Of a stretch of 64,000 nt of DNA, positions 12,998 to 24,490 are shown in pieces. The stretch comes from Octopus vulgaris (Eukaryota), in contig OX597814.1 in assembly GCA_951406725.2 (NCBI GenBank), forward strand, positions 131,998,001-132,062,000. The letters are read 5' to 3'. The notes under the pieces were generated by a model, which did not search any database, was not told the DNA's origin, and was given only the letters and a program-made list of their open reading frames with translations. Numbering within the stretch: the stretch's first letter is position 1; the number at the start of each line of letters is the position of its first letter. The position numbers and the translations under genes were made by a program.

Positions 12998-13563
12998 TTG
13001 AGTTGTCCGGAAAGTTCGTTCCGATTTATATTAGCCTTAACCTTCGACTAATTTTAGAACATGCTTGAGTCCATAAAATAGGATTTGGCTACACCTCCAT
13101 TTAGAGCACACTTTAAGCTGCCTTTTCGTGGAAGAAGGTTTATATTCCTATAACCTGTGTTAATTTTGTAACCCTTTAAAATGGAAGATAAGAAAGTTCA
13201 TTTTCGGCACTTGATGATTGGGAACCAGATAAAAATTGCTGCAGCTCGGATGGGATGTGTTACCCCACCCTCCATATTCACCAGATATTGCTCCTTCGGA
13301 TTTCCACTTATTCAGGTCTCTGCAGAATAGTCTTAATGGTAAAAATTTCAATTCCTTGGATGACGTAAAAAGATACCTTGATGAATTCTTTGCCATGAAA
13401 CCACCTCAATTCTGGGAAGATGGTATTCTCGAGTTAAAGGAAAAATGGAGACGCATTGTGCAACAAAATGGTTCATATTTGGTTCATTAAAAACGCAATG
13501 ACAAGTATTTATTGAACATTTTCATTCCTTTATAAATCGGCACGAACTTTCCGGACAACCCAA
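12998..13563 (+). mobile_element. Internally deleted mariner element in intron 1 of IL-17 #1
   Basis: TA target duplications and ~30-bp TIRs (ttgagttgtccggaaagttcgttccgattt / aaatcggcacgaactttccggacaacccaa); N-terminal MEDKKVHFRHLM fused to WDVLPHPPYSPDIAPSDFHLFRSLQN. Confidence 0.95.
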
Positions 13564-13638
13564 TATATAAATACACACACATACATGCATACATACATAC
13601 ATACATACATACATACATACATACATACATACATACAT

Positions 13639-13669
<31 letters not shown>

Positions 13670-13684
13670 TATATATATATATAA

Positions 13685-13870
13685 AATCCCCCAAACGGAA
13701 CAAGAACATAACGGGCGACAGTGAAAACATACGCACAAATGGACGATACAAGGACGGACAGGAAAACAAGGACAGAACACTCGTGGCTTTCTGTCCATCA
13801 GTCAAGCTTCCAATTATCACTACAGTTTCGGCCTCTTACATTTGAGACTGTTCAAAATTGGTGGGCTCTC
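13685..13870 (-). mobile_element. (TA)n-flanked PLE/pLTR-like fragment with an eroded hammerhead-like motif
   Basis: Minus strand: TTGAACA gtctc..gaggcc GAAA ctgtag TG; both the core and the cleavage triplet are non-canonical. Confidence 0.35.
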
Positions 13871-13878
13871 TCTCACCC

Positions 13879-13934
<56 letters not shown>

Positions 13935-13995
13935 TGTATGCATGTGTGTATGTAGGTATGTATGTATGTATATATAATGTATGTATGTATATATA

Positions 13996-14036
<41 letters not shown>

Positions 14037-14126
14037 ATACATATAATATATATATATATATATACATAAATATATATATATATATACATACATAAATATA
14101 TATATATATACATACATATAAATATA

Positions 14127-14340
14127 CCGGAGTAAGCACATGAATGCGGAACAAGGTGAAAAGAATAGTACTCGAATACTCGAATACTACAGGTAGAAAA
14201 GCAGCCAAAATATCCCAAAAGCTGTTACTCAGAATTTCATGTTTCCGTTCGTTGGACAGTTTTCTGTCCGATGAACGGGAACGTGAAACTCTGAGTGACA
14301 GTTTTTGTGATATATTTGCTGCTTTTTAATAATAATTCAT
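14127..14340. mobile_element. (TA)n-flanked palindromic PLE/pLTR-like element with two back-to-back hammerhead-like motifs
   Basis: Palindrome 14197-14326; + strand ctgt CCGATGA acg-ggaa-cgt GAAA ctctgag TG acag (14264-14301); related copy at 24490-24680. Confidence 0.6.
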
Positions 14341-14358
14341 ACATACATACATACATAC

Positions 14359-14390
<32 letters not shown>

Positions 14391-14430
14391 ATACATACAT
14401 GCATACATAAATAAATATATATATATTTTA

Positions 14431-14765
14431 ATATTCTGTTCTGTCTGGGGTGAGTCATTATTTTGTGCCTTATAATTTAACACACTCACATGTAAAATTT
14501 CCACTTATTTCTAATTTTTTTTTCTTAAAATTTTCATTGCGTCTTGCAACCTTTTCAATAATCTTGACTCTTGAGAATCAAGACTATTAAAAAGGTTGCA
14601 AGACGCAACAGAAATTTTTGGAAAATCAGGAATAAGTGGAAATTTTACCAGTGAGTGTGTTAAATTATATGGCACAAAAAGAAAATGACTCTCTCCAGAC
14701 ATAACAGAATATGCTTCAACACACGAACTCACATAAAGAATCTTGCAAACCAAATCCAGAAACAA
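14431..14765. mobile_element. Fold-back (MITE-like) element with ~140-bp arms
   Basis: atattctgttctgtctgggg...ccagacataacagaatat palindrome centred ~14571; second copy at 51789-52075. Confidence 0.85.
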
Positions 14766-14954
14766 AGTATATTTTAATAATTATATACATAATTATAACA
14801 AGGGATTGGCCCGTGATTTTTTTCGGAACTTTTTGTGTCTTAATAGCATCTTTAGGTTTCTATTTTTCTAGCGCATGGAGATGTTTATAGCCCATCCCTT
14901 GTTATAATTATGTATATAATAACTAAAATATTTGGAAAATTTACCTATAAAGTT

Positions 14955-15215
14955 AGGGCAGCGGACTCGCGGTTTCGATTCCCAGCCCGAGCGTTGTGAG
15001 TGTTTATGGAGCGAAAACACCTAAAGCTCCACGAGACTCCGGCCGGGGTTGGTGGCGAACCCTGCTGTACTCTTTCGCCACAACTTACTCTCACTCTTTT
15101 TTCTGTTGGCCTGCTCGCTTAGCCTGCGTGGTGGCGTCATTTGAAGGGTAAAACAATGCGGAGCGCATTGTGACCAGCGATGTGTAGCAACATCTGATAG
15201 CCTGGTCGGTCACGG
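14955..15215 (+). mobile_element. tRNA-derived SINE
   Basis: Similar to 9945-10255; its 3' part recurs inverted at 16337-16455. Confidence 0.75.
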
Positions 15216-15614
15216 TGATATATATATATATATATATAGGTATAGCCATATATTTATACATACATACATACATACATACATACATACATACATACATACA
15301 TACATACATACATACATACATACATACATACATGCATGCATGCATGCATGCATACATATGTGTGATTGTATGTGTAGAATAGCTCGAGTGTGCAATTGCA
15401 ACGGTTCGGATTATCATAATCCAGTCTTGCTTCAGTTTTGTGGTTTGACTATTATTGTACTTGTAGAATTACTGGTTATGACTTTGCGAGCAAAAGTAGG
15501 AGTTTGGAATATTTAGGAAACGATACATATTTCTAGAAGTACGTATGCCTCCACCATAATAGTTTATAATATCTAGCGGTTTGCTTGCAGCAGAATGGAT
15601 TCGATACCGCACTT

Positions 15615-15827
15615 TTTTACTCTTTTACCTGTTTCAGTCATTTGACTGCGGCCAAGCTGGAGTATCACCTTTTAGTCGAGCAAATCGATCCCAGGACTTA
15701 TTCTTTGTAAGCCTAGTACTTATTCTGTCGGTCTGTTTTAAGTTACGGGGACGTAAACGCATCAGTATCGGTTATCAAGCGATGTTGGGTGGGGGTGGGG
15801 CAAACACAGACACACAAACATTTACAC

Positions 15828-15867
<40 letters not shown>

Positions 15868-16035
15868 ATATATACGACGGGTTTCATTCAGTTTCCGTCT
15901 ACCAAATCCACCCACAAGGCTTTGGTCGGCCCGAGGCTATAGTAGAAGACATTTGCCCAAGGTGCTACGCTGTGGGACTGAACCCGGAACCATGTGATTG
16001 GTAAGCAAACTACTTACCACACAGCCACTCCTGCG
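15615..16035 (-). mobile_element. Full-length tRNA-head SINE with central (TA/TG)n and LINE-like tail
   Basis: Minus-strand head ggagtggctgtgtggtaagtagttt..ggttccgggttcagtccca; copies at 17070-17385, 35595-36036 and 42060-42447. Confidence 0.85.
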
Positions 16036-16457
16036 GCTAAACATAACTAAAGTATTTCATAGTTAGTAGTCACGTTGATGAATTTCGTAGTAATACTTAC
16101 ATTCATTCAACGAAACAATTTTGTGTATTAGATACATGAAAAGGGGAAAAAAAAAATTATGTAATGCATTCCATTACATTATTTCTTCTTCCTTTGTCGT
16201 TTATGCAATCTCTTATTACGCACCGCACTAGACAAACATTTTGTTCTAAAGCGTAAGTATATTCAGCTCTAGCAGTTTGTTTAAGCGGAATGTTGAAACA
16301 CACACACATATATATTTAGGTATATATATATATATATCACGCGATCGCGTAACCGACCAGACCATCAGATGTTGTTACACATCGCTGGTCACAATGTGTT
16401 TCGCATTGTTTTAGCCTTCGAATGACGCCACCCCGCTGGCTAAGCGAGCAGGACAAC

Positions 16458-16550
<93 letters not shown>

Positions 16551-16551
16551 C

Positions 16552-16584
<33 letters not shown>

Positions 16585-16602
16585 AATATATATATATTTA
16601 TA

Positions 16603-16685
<83 letters not shown>

Positions 16686-16755
16686 GAGTATATACACGTA
16701 TATACATACTTATGTTTATATATATGCATACACACATGTATATAAAATATACATA

Positions 16756-17035
16756 AGGCGCATGGCTCAGTGGTTAGAGCGTCGAGCCTACGATCACGAG
16801 GTTGTGAGTTCGAATCCCGGACCGGGCTGCGTGTTGTGTTCTTGAGCAAGACACTTTATTTCACGTTGCTCCAGATCACTCAGCTGTAGAAATGAGTTGC
16901 GACGTCACAGGTGCCAAGCTTTACCTTTCCCTCGGATGATAACATTGTAGGCGACTGCTGGTCTTCTTTAAACAACCTTGCCCGGGGTAACGTCCGAGGT
17001 GCAATCCCATGGTCAGTCATGAACAAAGGGGGTCT
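16756..17035 (+). mobile_element. tRNA-derived SINE
   Basis: ggcgcatggctcagtggttagagcg..gagttcgaatccc then gtgttcttgagcaagacacttt; relatives at 18550-18845, 24163-24450 and inverted at 19715-19800. Confidence 0.85.
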
Positions 17036-17069
17036 CGACACACACACGCACACACACATATATATAGTC

Positions 17070-17385
17070 TTTGACTTGTTTTAGTCATTTGACTGCGACC
17101 ATGCCAGAGCACCGCCTTAAAGGGTCTTAGCCGAACGAATCGACTCCAGGATTTATTCTTTGTAAGCCTATTCTTGGACAGCTGAACTACGGGTACATAG
17201 ACAAACCAGCATCGGTTGTCAAGCAATAGAAGGTGGGGTTTCTTTCAGTTTCCGTCTCCCAAATCCACTCAGAAGGCTTTGGTCGGCCAGAGGCCATACT
17301 AGACCCTTGCCCAAGGTACCACGCAGTGGAACTGAAGTCGGAACTATGTGGTTGATAATCAAGGGCCCTATCACACAGCCATGTC
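17070..17385 (-). mobile_element. SINE, same family as 15615-16035
   Basis: Shared head and tail sequence. Confidence 0.75.
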
Positions 17386-18423
17386 TGTGCGTGTATGTGA
17401 GTGTGTGAGCGCGTGTGTCTGTGTGCGTGTGTATACACATTAGCTAAGTAGCCGGAGAATTTTCACAATAAAATGACTATTTCGATTCAATTTTTTTATT
17501 GTATATCAGAATACATCTTCCCCGACGGATAGTTCTTTTGATCAGGACGGATTTCTACATTATTTTGGGGACAATTTATAGTGTCTTCATGAAAGAAGGA
17601 TTTGTTTTCTCTTTGACGCAGGGCTGTAAAGGTTTTTATTACTTCCTATTCTTGAAAATCCTACGTAAAGCTGACCATGCGGGAAGCAGGGCTCTTTAAG
17701 TTGTACACCAAAAATGTTTGCCCTTGCGATTGTTGATAGTCATGGCAAAACTAAGATTCACTGGAAATTGAAGTTATTTGAACTGGAACGGAACAGCGTC
17801 TACTGTGTTTCTGGATCGAAGGCTCATGAGCGCTTGCAATCTCTCTCAGCATACAATGCTGGGAGAGACACAAAGAGAGACTCTTTTCTGTTGAAGTCAC
17901 AGATTTTGAAATTTTAAAGTTACGTGAAGTTTCTCAAATTTGGGATACTGATGTAATCGTTTACGTTCAATCCGATTTAGTGATACGTTTTGGCCACACA
18001 GTTACATCTGCACATATGTATTAATCCTAATTACTACCAAGGTCAATAAAAGTACCAGTCATATACTTCAGTAGTTCCCAGGTCAAAAAGTATAGCGGCT
18101 AGCGGTCAATCATGGCGGATGACTGGACGGAAGTCGTCAGACAGGAGAGCCAAGAAGAAGGGGAGATAATAAAGTAGTGGCGATCCCAAAACGAGGGTGC
18201 GCGCGTGTGTGTATGCAAGAATGTGTAAGTATGTGCGTGTAGATAGGGGCTAGTGACATTGGCGTGTGGATGTGTGCGTGTGTCTGTAATGTGTAGGTGT
18301 GTGGATAATGGTATGGGTGCTAGGAAGTGATCAGTGATAGTGTGTGCGCTTTGGTGTGATGTGGTGTGATCTATATGTATAAATATATACATACACGCAC
18401 ATATATATATTTCTCTGTTTCTT

Positions 18424-18502
<79 letters not shown>

Positions 18503-18549
18503 GCATATATATGTATGTGTATGTGTGTGTTCATATGTGTGAGAAATCT

Positions 18550-18845
18550 CGTGGCTAAGAGTCTAGGGTATTCGGCTCACGATCACACGAACATAGCACT
18601 GTGAGTTCGATAACCGACAGTGCGATGCCTTCTTGAACAAGACAATTTCACGTTGCCGCAGTCCACCTAGGAGGAAAAAATGTATTGTAACTGTATTTGA
18701 AGAGGCCAACCTTGTCAGATTGTGTCACACTGAGTTTCCATGAGAATTACGTTAAGGCTACATGTGTCTATGCAGTGCTCAGCCTCATGTACGCTAATAT
18801 CACGAACAGGGTCTTTCGTTGACCGGATCAGCTGGAACATTCGTC
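18550..18845 (+). mobile_element. Diverged tRNA-derived SINE
   Basis: gtgagttcgat..cttgaacaagacaatttcacgttg similar to the 16756 family. Confidence 0.65.
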
Positions 18846-19005
18846 ACACACACACACACACACAAACACATACACACATATATACACACGCACATATGTA
18901 TGTATGTATAGATATATTTATATATACATATATATATATATATATATAGTATATAGTTATGTATGAATATATATGGATATATATGTATGTGCATATATAT
19001 GTGTG

Positions 19006-19059
<54 letters not shown>

Positions 19060-19064
<5 letters not shown>

Positions 19065-19245
19065 TTTTTTCTTTCCTTTTTTCACTCCTTGTTTCTCTCC
19101 TGTTTTTTTCTGTGTCCCTTTCTGTAGAAGAGCGTAGGCACGAAACGTAAAATACTTTTTCTATTCATGAGCGTTATACTAATACATCTGTTTGTTTTGT
19201 ACACCACCTGTCTTCGTCTTTTGTTTTTTTCGTAAACACTCCCTA
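19060..19245 (+). mobile_element. (TA)n-flanked short element with a minimal hammerhead-like motif
   Basis: High-identity second copy at 56250-56410; cttt CTGTAGA A gagcgtaggcac GAAA CG TA aaa. Confidence 0.65.
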
Positions 19246-19844
19246 TATATATATATATGAAACATCAATTTGGCAATTCACAATTTATAACCGAAAGGCA
19301 ACAAGTATAGACACCACTAAAGTTGCGGAGGGTACTAGTCAGCCCCACCATTGCTAGAAATAAGAGTAAAAAACAATTCTTAGCCAAGTAAGAACACTAT
19401 TCTGAAGACTAACAAGGTAGACAAGTTCCCTGAGGTAGGTTAGATGGTGTTATATCAACACTGATTTCAGATTTGATTAATCTTCACCTTACAGAAAACT
19501 ACTTCCTCGCTCAAAATTCGTTGGCAGGAGGTCCAGGATACACCAATCATAACAAGTTCGTCAATCCTTTGGGGACAGTTCTACAAAATCACTCTGTAAA
19601 TTTGCATGATATTTTCTTTTGTTCGAAAGAGTGATGGTTGTCATGAATGAAACGTTTCTTCGAGCAAAAAATGACCATAGCTAAAGCGTGGAAGCAACCC
19701 GTAAGTTTGTGTTTTACACTTCATAGACACGTGTAACCTAAGCATAATTCTCTGGAAAATTTAGTGTGACACACGGAATCTGACAAGGCTGGTCTTTTGA
19801 AGTACCAGTACCTTTAATTTTTTTTCCTCCTGGGTGGATTCTGA

Positions 19845-20155
19845 CAACAGAAGCTGTTTGAAGCATGACAATCGTTTCGGCCGCCGTTTTCTCTAGCAGT
19901 AAACAGAATTTCACGGAAGCACACTGTTCTCTCGTTTCAGCTATCACAAAAAATCGAGAAACAACGGAGTAGCACTGTAAAAGTAAGATGCACCACATAG
20001 CAATAGGATATAATCGTTAGGACATGACCAATCTGACGGTCATCACATTGATACCTGAGGGTAGCATCAAGTGGGTTCTAGTAGCAGATGCCTGAACTAC
20101 AACGGGCTCGTCCCACAGAGAATGTTTCCTGTTAGTTTTGGATACCTCCCTCGTA
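19845..20155 (-). mobile_element. 5' fragment of a mariner element
   Basis: Minus strand starts TAcgagggaggtatccaaaa; translation REQCASVKFCLLLEKTAAETIVMLQTA resembles the mariner transposase N-terminus. Confidence 0.75.
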
Positions 20156-20159
20156 TATG

Positions 20160-21069
20160 TATAATACATTAAAAGTCAGTTTGAATCTTGGTTGCTTGCT
20201 TGCTTACTTGCTTGCCATGTTACCCAACCGAACTGGCGCATAATGGGAAAATACTTTGAATTAAGTTTACCCTGAAATATTAATACGAACGGAATAAGGC
20301 AAGTTTCGCGTAAATGGGACTAGTAGTTTTAGAGATATTAAAGCTTTTCGGGTCTAAATACCCAAAACGGTGAATAATGGGAAAATATTCGGAAAATATT
20401 TCTTAATTCTGAAAGGGACGGAACTCTTATCTTTCGATTAGACACAGACACTCGACAACGAAAAAATATGCGCTTTTAACTGTAAATGTTTCTATTTTCG
20501 CTTCAGTTAAATACAATATTTTAATCATTTAGAAATATTTTTAAGTGAATTAATTTAAAAAATGTAAGTTGTTTGTACAGTAAGTATTTATATTCTAGAT
20601 TTCTTTAAACAGACAATAGTTTAATGTTTTAAAATTATTACAAAAGTATCTTTTGCATATTTAAAAAATATTTTAAAGTAAAAGTAACTTTAAAAATACG
20701 GTAAATATTTCGTAAAAGACCCTTCGTAACCTCGGTGTGAAATAGTGTTTTTTTCTATAAGTTTTTTTACCGAGTTAATTAAACGTATCTCACTTCGAAA
20801 GATTTGGCTGCTATTTCTGGCACACCCTGCTACCTCGTAACTACTATTTACGATAAACGACCTCAAATACCTGTTACGTGGTTGTAGAGCATACAAGAAA
20901 TAGCAGCCAAATCTTTCATTTTCTGGGGCCATTTACGCGTGCTTTCGATGTCACATTCGTTGAAAGCATGCGAAATAACCTGGAAAAGAAAAAAACCACG
21001 AAACAGAACTCCATTGCTGGGAGAATCAGTTTCCCGGTGACCCATCGGGTCACGGATCGTCTAATCTAG
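20160..21069 (+). mobile_element. Non-autonomous Helitron-like element
   Basis: 3' GC-rich hairpin GTGACCC-atc-GGGTCAC (21037-21053) followed by CTAG|T (21066-21070); short (GCTT)n near the 5' end; 5' boundary approximate. Confidence 0.6.
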
Positions 21070-21273
21070 TATATATACATATATATTTTGCTTTTCTATA
21101 TCTTGTTTATATCTTTTTGTTTCTACAATATTTGATATAGCTCTTTATTTACTGCTATACCTAAAAGGTGTGCATCAGAGATTCCCATAATTCTTGTTAA
21201 ATTTCTTTATGCAGCTTACATTAGTACCCTTAGTATAGTATATGTCATTATTATAATATTATCTCTCTCGCAG

Positions 21274-21789
21274 GCTGTCATCCTGATTGTACCGCTCCTC
21301 TTCAGTTACAGCTTGATTGTATCATCAGCCTGGGTAACATGTAAAAGACGCAATGACTTAAAAGTGGAATACTCCAAGCTGCTCAAGAATAACGTTGGAT
21401 ATACTTTCTATCTACCAGCTGAAATGGCTCCTGTCAAATCATGTGATCCACCACGGGCCGTTGGAGGAACACAGTGTAAATTTTTTTTCGAGAATCCTAA
21501 AGATATCCGTGATCGTTCACTCTGTCCTTGGTACCTAAACGTTACTCATGATCCAACACTTTACCCTCCATCACGTACTGAAGCAGTGTGTCGATGCACA
21601 AAATGTCGGAATCAACATTCGAATAACGTATGTATTACAGTATTCTCTAAAATGACTGTCCTCAAACGCTCAAGTACATGCATTGATGGAATGTATATGT
21701 ATAGACCGAGTGAAATTAAAGTAGCAACAGCCTGCGTGTGTGCAACTCAAATCGAAGCCAAATATACTAACAATCCATTTGAAGAATAA
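21274..21789 (+). CDS. IL17: IL-17-like gene #1, coding exon 2 (176 aa predicted in total)
   Basis: Acceptor ctctctcgCAG|; continues the signal peptide (AVILIVPLLFSYSLIVSSA); IL-17 cystine-knot motifs RSLCPWYL, YPPSRTEAVCRC, MTVLKR, VATACVC; no stops. Confidence 0.95.
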   Translation, partial: AVILIVPLLFSYSLIVSSAWVTCKRRNDLKVEYSKLLKNNVGYTFYLPAEMAPVKSCDPPRAVGGTQCKFFFENPKDIRDRSLCPWYLNVTHDPTLYPPSRTEAVCRCTKCRNQHSNNVCITVFSKMTVLKRSSTCIDGMYMYRPSEIKVATACVCATQIEAKYTNNPFEE

Positions 21790-22158
21790 TAACGGACAAT
21801 ATGAATTTTGAATGAGAAAACTGTTCATAATTTTTTAAAAATTCAGCTGGTGAAATATGCGATCACATATGCATACCCATAGGAGCACGCACGCACGCAC
21901 GCATAATTTACTATTTTTATAAATACCTAAACATATATACATATAATACAATCATATTTCATAAAACGAAAGATACTTCGTCATATTTACTTAGTATACA
22001 ACGTAGTACCATCAGACTTACTGTTAGTAATGTAAGTATAATGGCAGAAAATTTAGTGTCATCTTATATTCGTTGCAGTATTTAGAGACAACTTATGTAC
22101 ATATAACATAGGAGAGGATTTCCACTGTTATTTATTCGGGTTCGGATAAATATAAGCA

Positions 22159-22159
<1 letters not shown>

Positions 22160-22235
<76 letters not shown>
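22160..22235. repeat. (CTAT)n microsatellite
   Basis: Directly visible. Confidence 0.95.
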
Positions 22236-22236
<1 letters not shown>

Positions 22237-22399
22237 GACTGGTCGAGAAAGACCACGCGGTGACACAGCATGTTGTTGGTATTTCTGCGACAACAATTAC
22301 TTTGAAAATACTGCATGGTGTACAGGAAATCGATCACGTGATAGATAGGAAATCGGTCGAGTTGTTGAAGGGGAAATAAGAAAGGGTGGTATGAGGTGT

Positions 22400-22910
22400 A
22401 GCTATGCGAGTTTATACGTATACGTGTGTGTATGTGCTTATGTGTTTATGCGTGTGCGTTTGTGAGTATGTGTGCATAAATGTATCAGCGCACATCCATC
22501 CACACACACTCACGCGCACACACACAGATATATACATGTATGTGTATATGTGTGTGTGTATGTGTGTGTGCGTATATATAAGTTTGTGTGTGCATACACA
22601 TAATTACAACGTGCGCACGCGCTTATATGTATACGGCATAGAGCGCGTGTGTGTGTGCATAATAGTGTGTATGTTTGTGTGCATACAGTATGCACATGTA
22701 TATGCGGATGCATGTATATATAGTGGTGTGTGCATTTGCATCCATGCGTGTGCATGCATGTATACATAGTTATACTTACACACACACACATAGATACACA
22801 CACATATATGTACATACATACACATGCACCCAAACAGGCATGCACACAGACACAAGATGCGTGCGTGCGCACATGTACGTCCGTGTGCGCTTGCATGCAT
22901 ACACTTGTGG
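22400..22910. repeat. Degenerate (TG/CA/TA)n low-complexity tract
   Basis: Alternating purine-pyrimidine sequence. Confidence 0.85.
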
Positions 22911-23155
22911 TTATGTACAAGGGGTGAGAGTACGCGGGTTGACAGGCATGAACAAGCGTTGGGGATTGGTTATTGACAGTCTTGCTCACGGGGGTTGTTT
23001 GGTGACGGTGACATTGGTGCAGGCAGTGCAGAAACGTTAGTACTTATGTGATATACTCATGGCTTGAAATTTACCAGAAGCGCATACTTCAGATGACACT
23101 GTAGGATAAATTATATTTCTTGTTGATGGATACTGAGGGTTGGTAGGTGATGGAA

Positions 23156-23388
23156 GGCGGCGAGCTGGCAGAAACGTTAGTACGCTGGGCGAAATGCGCA
23201 GCCGTATTTCGTCTGCCGTTACGTTCTGAGTTCAAATTCCGCCGAGGTCGACTTTGCCTTTCATCCTTTCGGGGTCGATTAAATATGTACCAGTTACGCA
23301 CTAGGGTCGATATAATCGACTTAATCCGTTTGTCTGTCCTTGTTTGTCCTCTCTGTGTTTAGCCCCTTGTGGGTAGTAAAGAAATAGG
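23156..23388 (+). mobile_element. SINE (Nin-like core family), near full length
   Basis: ggcggcgagctggcagaaacgttag...gtgggtagtaaagaaatagg; near-identical to 35041-35245 and to the reverse complement of 37062-37295. Confidence 0.9.
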
Positions 23389-23389
23389 T

Positions 23390-23800
23390 GACGTGCAGTA
23401 TTTTGCGTAGGCAGCGATAGAAATTCGGGGTGCCGGGTGAATATGGTGGATTCCTGTCGACAGTAGTCCGCTTGATGCTTGGTGTTTCGTCTTGGAGGTT
23501 ACGGGATCTCCAGAGAAAGTGAGACAAAGAAGCAGAATTCTCTCTCTTCGTGATCGATTTCCTATCCACCACGCAGTATTTTCCAAGTATTTGTTCTCGC
23601 TGAAATACCAACATCAAACTTTGATACCACGTGATCTTTCTCGACCAATCGCAGCCCACCTTCGAGTAATAACAATTCAATCTCTCCAACTGATCTCGCC
23701 TTCAAATTTCCAGTGACTGAGGATCAGCCCCACGGTTTGAAACTTAAATTACGGAGGAATTTGAATCCAACTGTTTTGATCCATACGTGTATCTCCCAAT
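23390..23800 (-). mobile_element. Penelope-like element GIY-YIG endonuclease remnant
   Basis: Minus-strand peptides VGISARTNTWK and ENSASLSHFLWRSRNLQDETPSIKRTTVDRNPPYSPGTPNFYRCL resemble the PLE pattern YIG...N.T.LS..IW...IKW...PY...C.LC; an inverted diverged copy lies at ~22240-22345. Confidence 0.6.
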
Positions 23801-23838
23801 AAGTGTGTTGAGCGCCCTTTTTCGTTTGTCACTCATTC

Positions 23839-23877
<39 letters not shown>

Positions 23878-23881
<4 letters not shown>

Positions 23882-24075
23882 ATCCAAACAAGAAAACACA
23901 AAAAACACAACAACGCGAGGACGTGGAACAAATATAGTATTATTGGACGCTCAGGAAAGAAGGGAAGAAGGAGAGTTTAACGTTTCGAGCGGAGCTCTTC
24001 GTCGGGAACATAGGAGGAAAGATCCAGAGAAGAGAAGACAGAGGGAAAAAAATCGCTGACGGTACACACGAGGTC
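23878..24075 (-). mobile_element. (TA)n-flanked pLTR-like element with a minimal hammerhead-like motif
   Basis: Minus 24009-23975: gttc CCGACGA A gagc-tcc-gctc GAAA CG TT aaac. Confidence 0.6.
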
Positions 24076-24162
24076 ACATGTGTGTGTATATATATACACA
24101 CACACACACATATGCATTTATATGTGTGTGTATGTGAGTGCGCGCGCGCGTGTGTGTGCGAA

Positions 24163-24450
24163 GGCACATAGCTAAGTGGTTAAGGTAATGCACTCTCGAT
24201 TGCAATATCGTGGGTTCCATTCCCAGACCGAGCGTTGCATTGTGTTCTCGAGGAAAGCACTTCACTTCACGTTACTCTGCGATCATTTTGACATGTGGCA
24301 CCCGTTGCACCTGTACTGGTAATGTCAATCTCATGGAGGGGGTGAGCTTATGTCTACACAAATATTTGATCACTATAGACAGATCATCTGTGTGGTTGTC
24401 CAGTAAGAAATTATCCAACCGTCATACGTCGTCTAACGACGGAAGAGTCC
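24163..24450 (+). mobile_element. tRNA-derived SINE
   Basis: ggcacatagctaagtggttaagg..gggttccattccc head. Confidence 0.7.

Positions 24451-24490
<40 letters not shown>

Noticed and set aside
13236-13490. Functional transposase or SETMAR-like gene
   Set aside because: Only a C-terminal fragment inside a 566-bp internally deleted element.
16756-16830. tRNA genes (also 9945, 7170-7235, 24163)
   Set aside because: A/B boxes are present but acceptor stems are imperfect and each continues into a repeated SINE body.
13487-19150. Many ORFs of YI/HT/CV/poly-I/poly-L type here and throughout the track
   Set aside because: They are translations of (TA)n, (TACA)n, (CA)n and (TAA)n microsatellites, not genes.
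19671-19700. Alternative first exon for IL-17 #1 (aaaATG..MTIAKAWKQP|GTAAGT, phase 0)
   Set aside because: In frame and possible, but it lacks the TATA/leader homology with the paralog that supports 12897-12911; kept only as a minor alternative.
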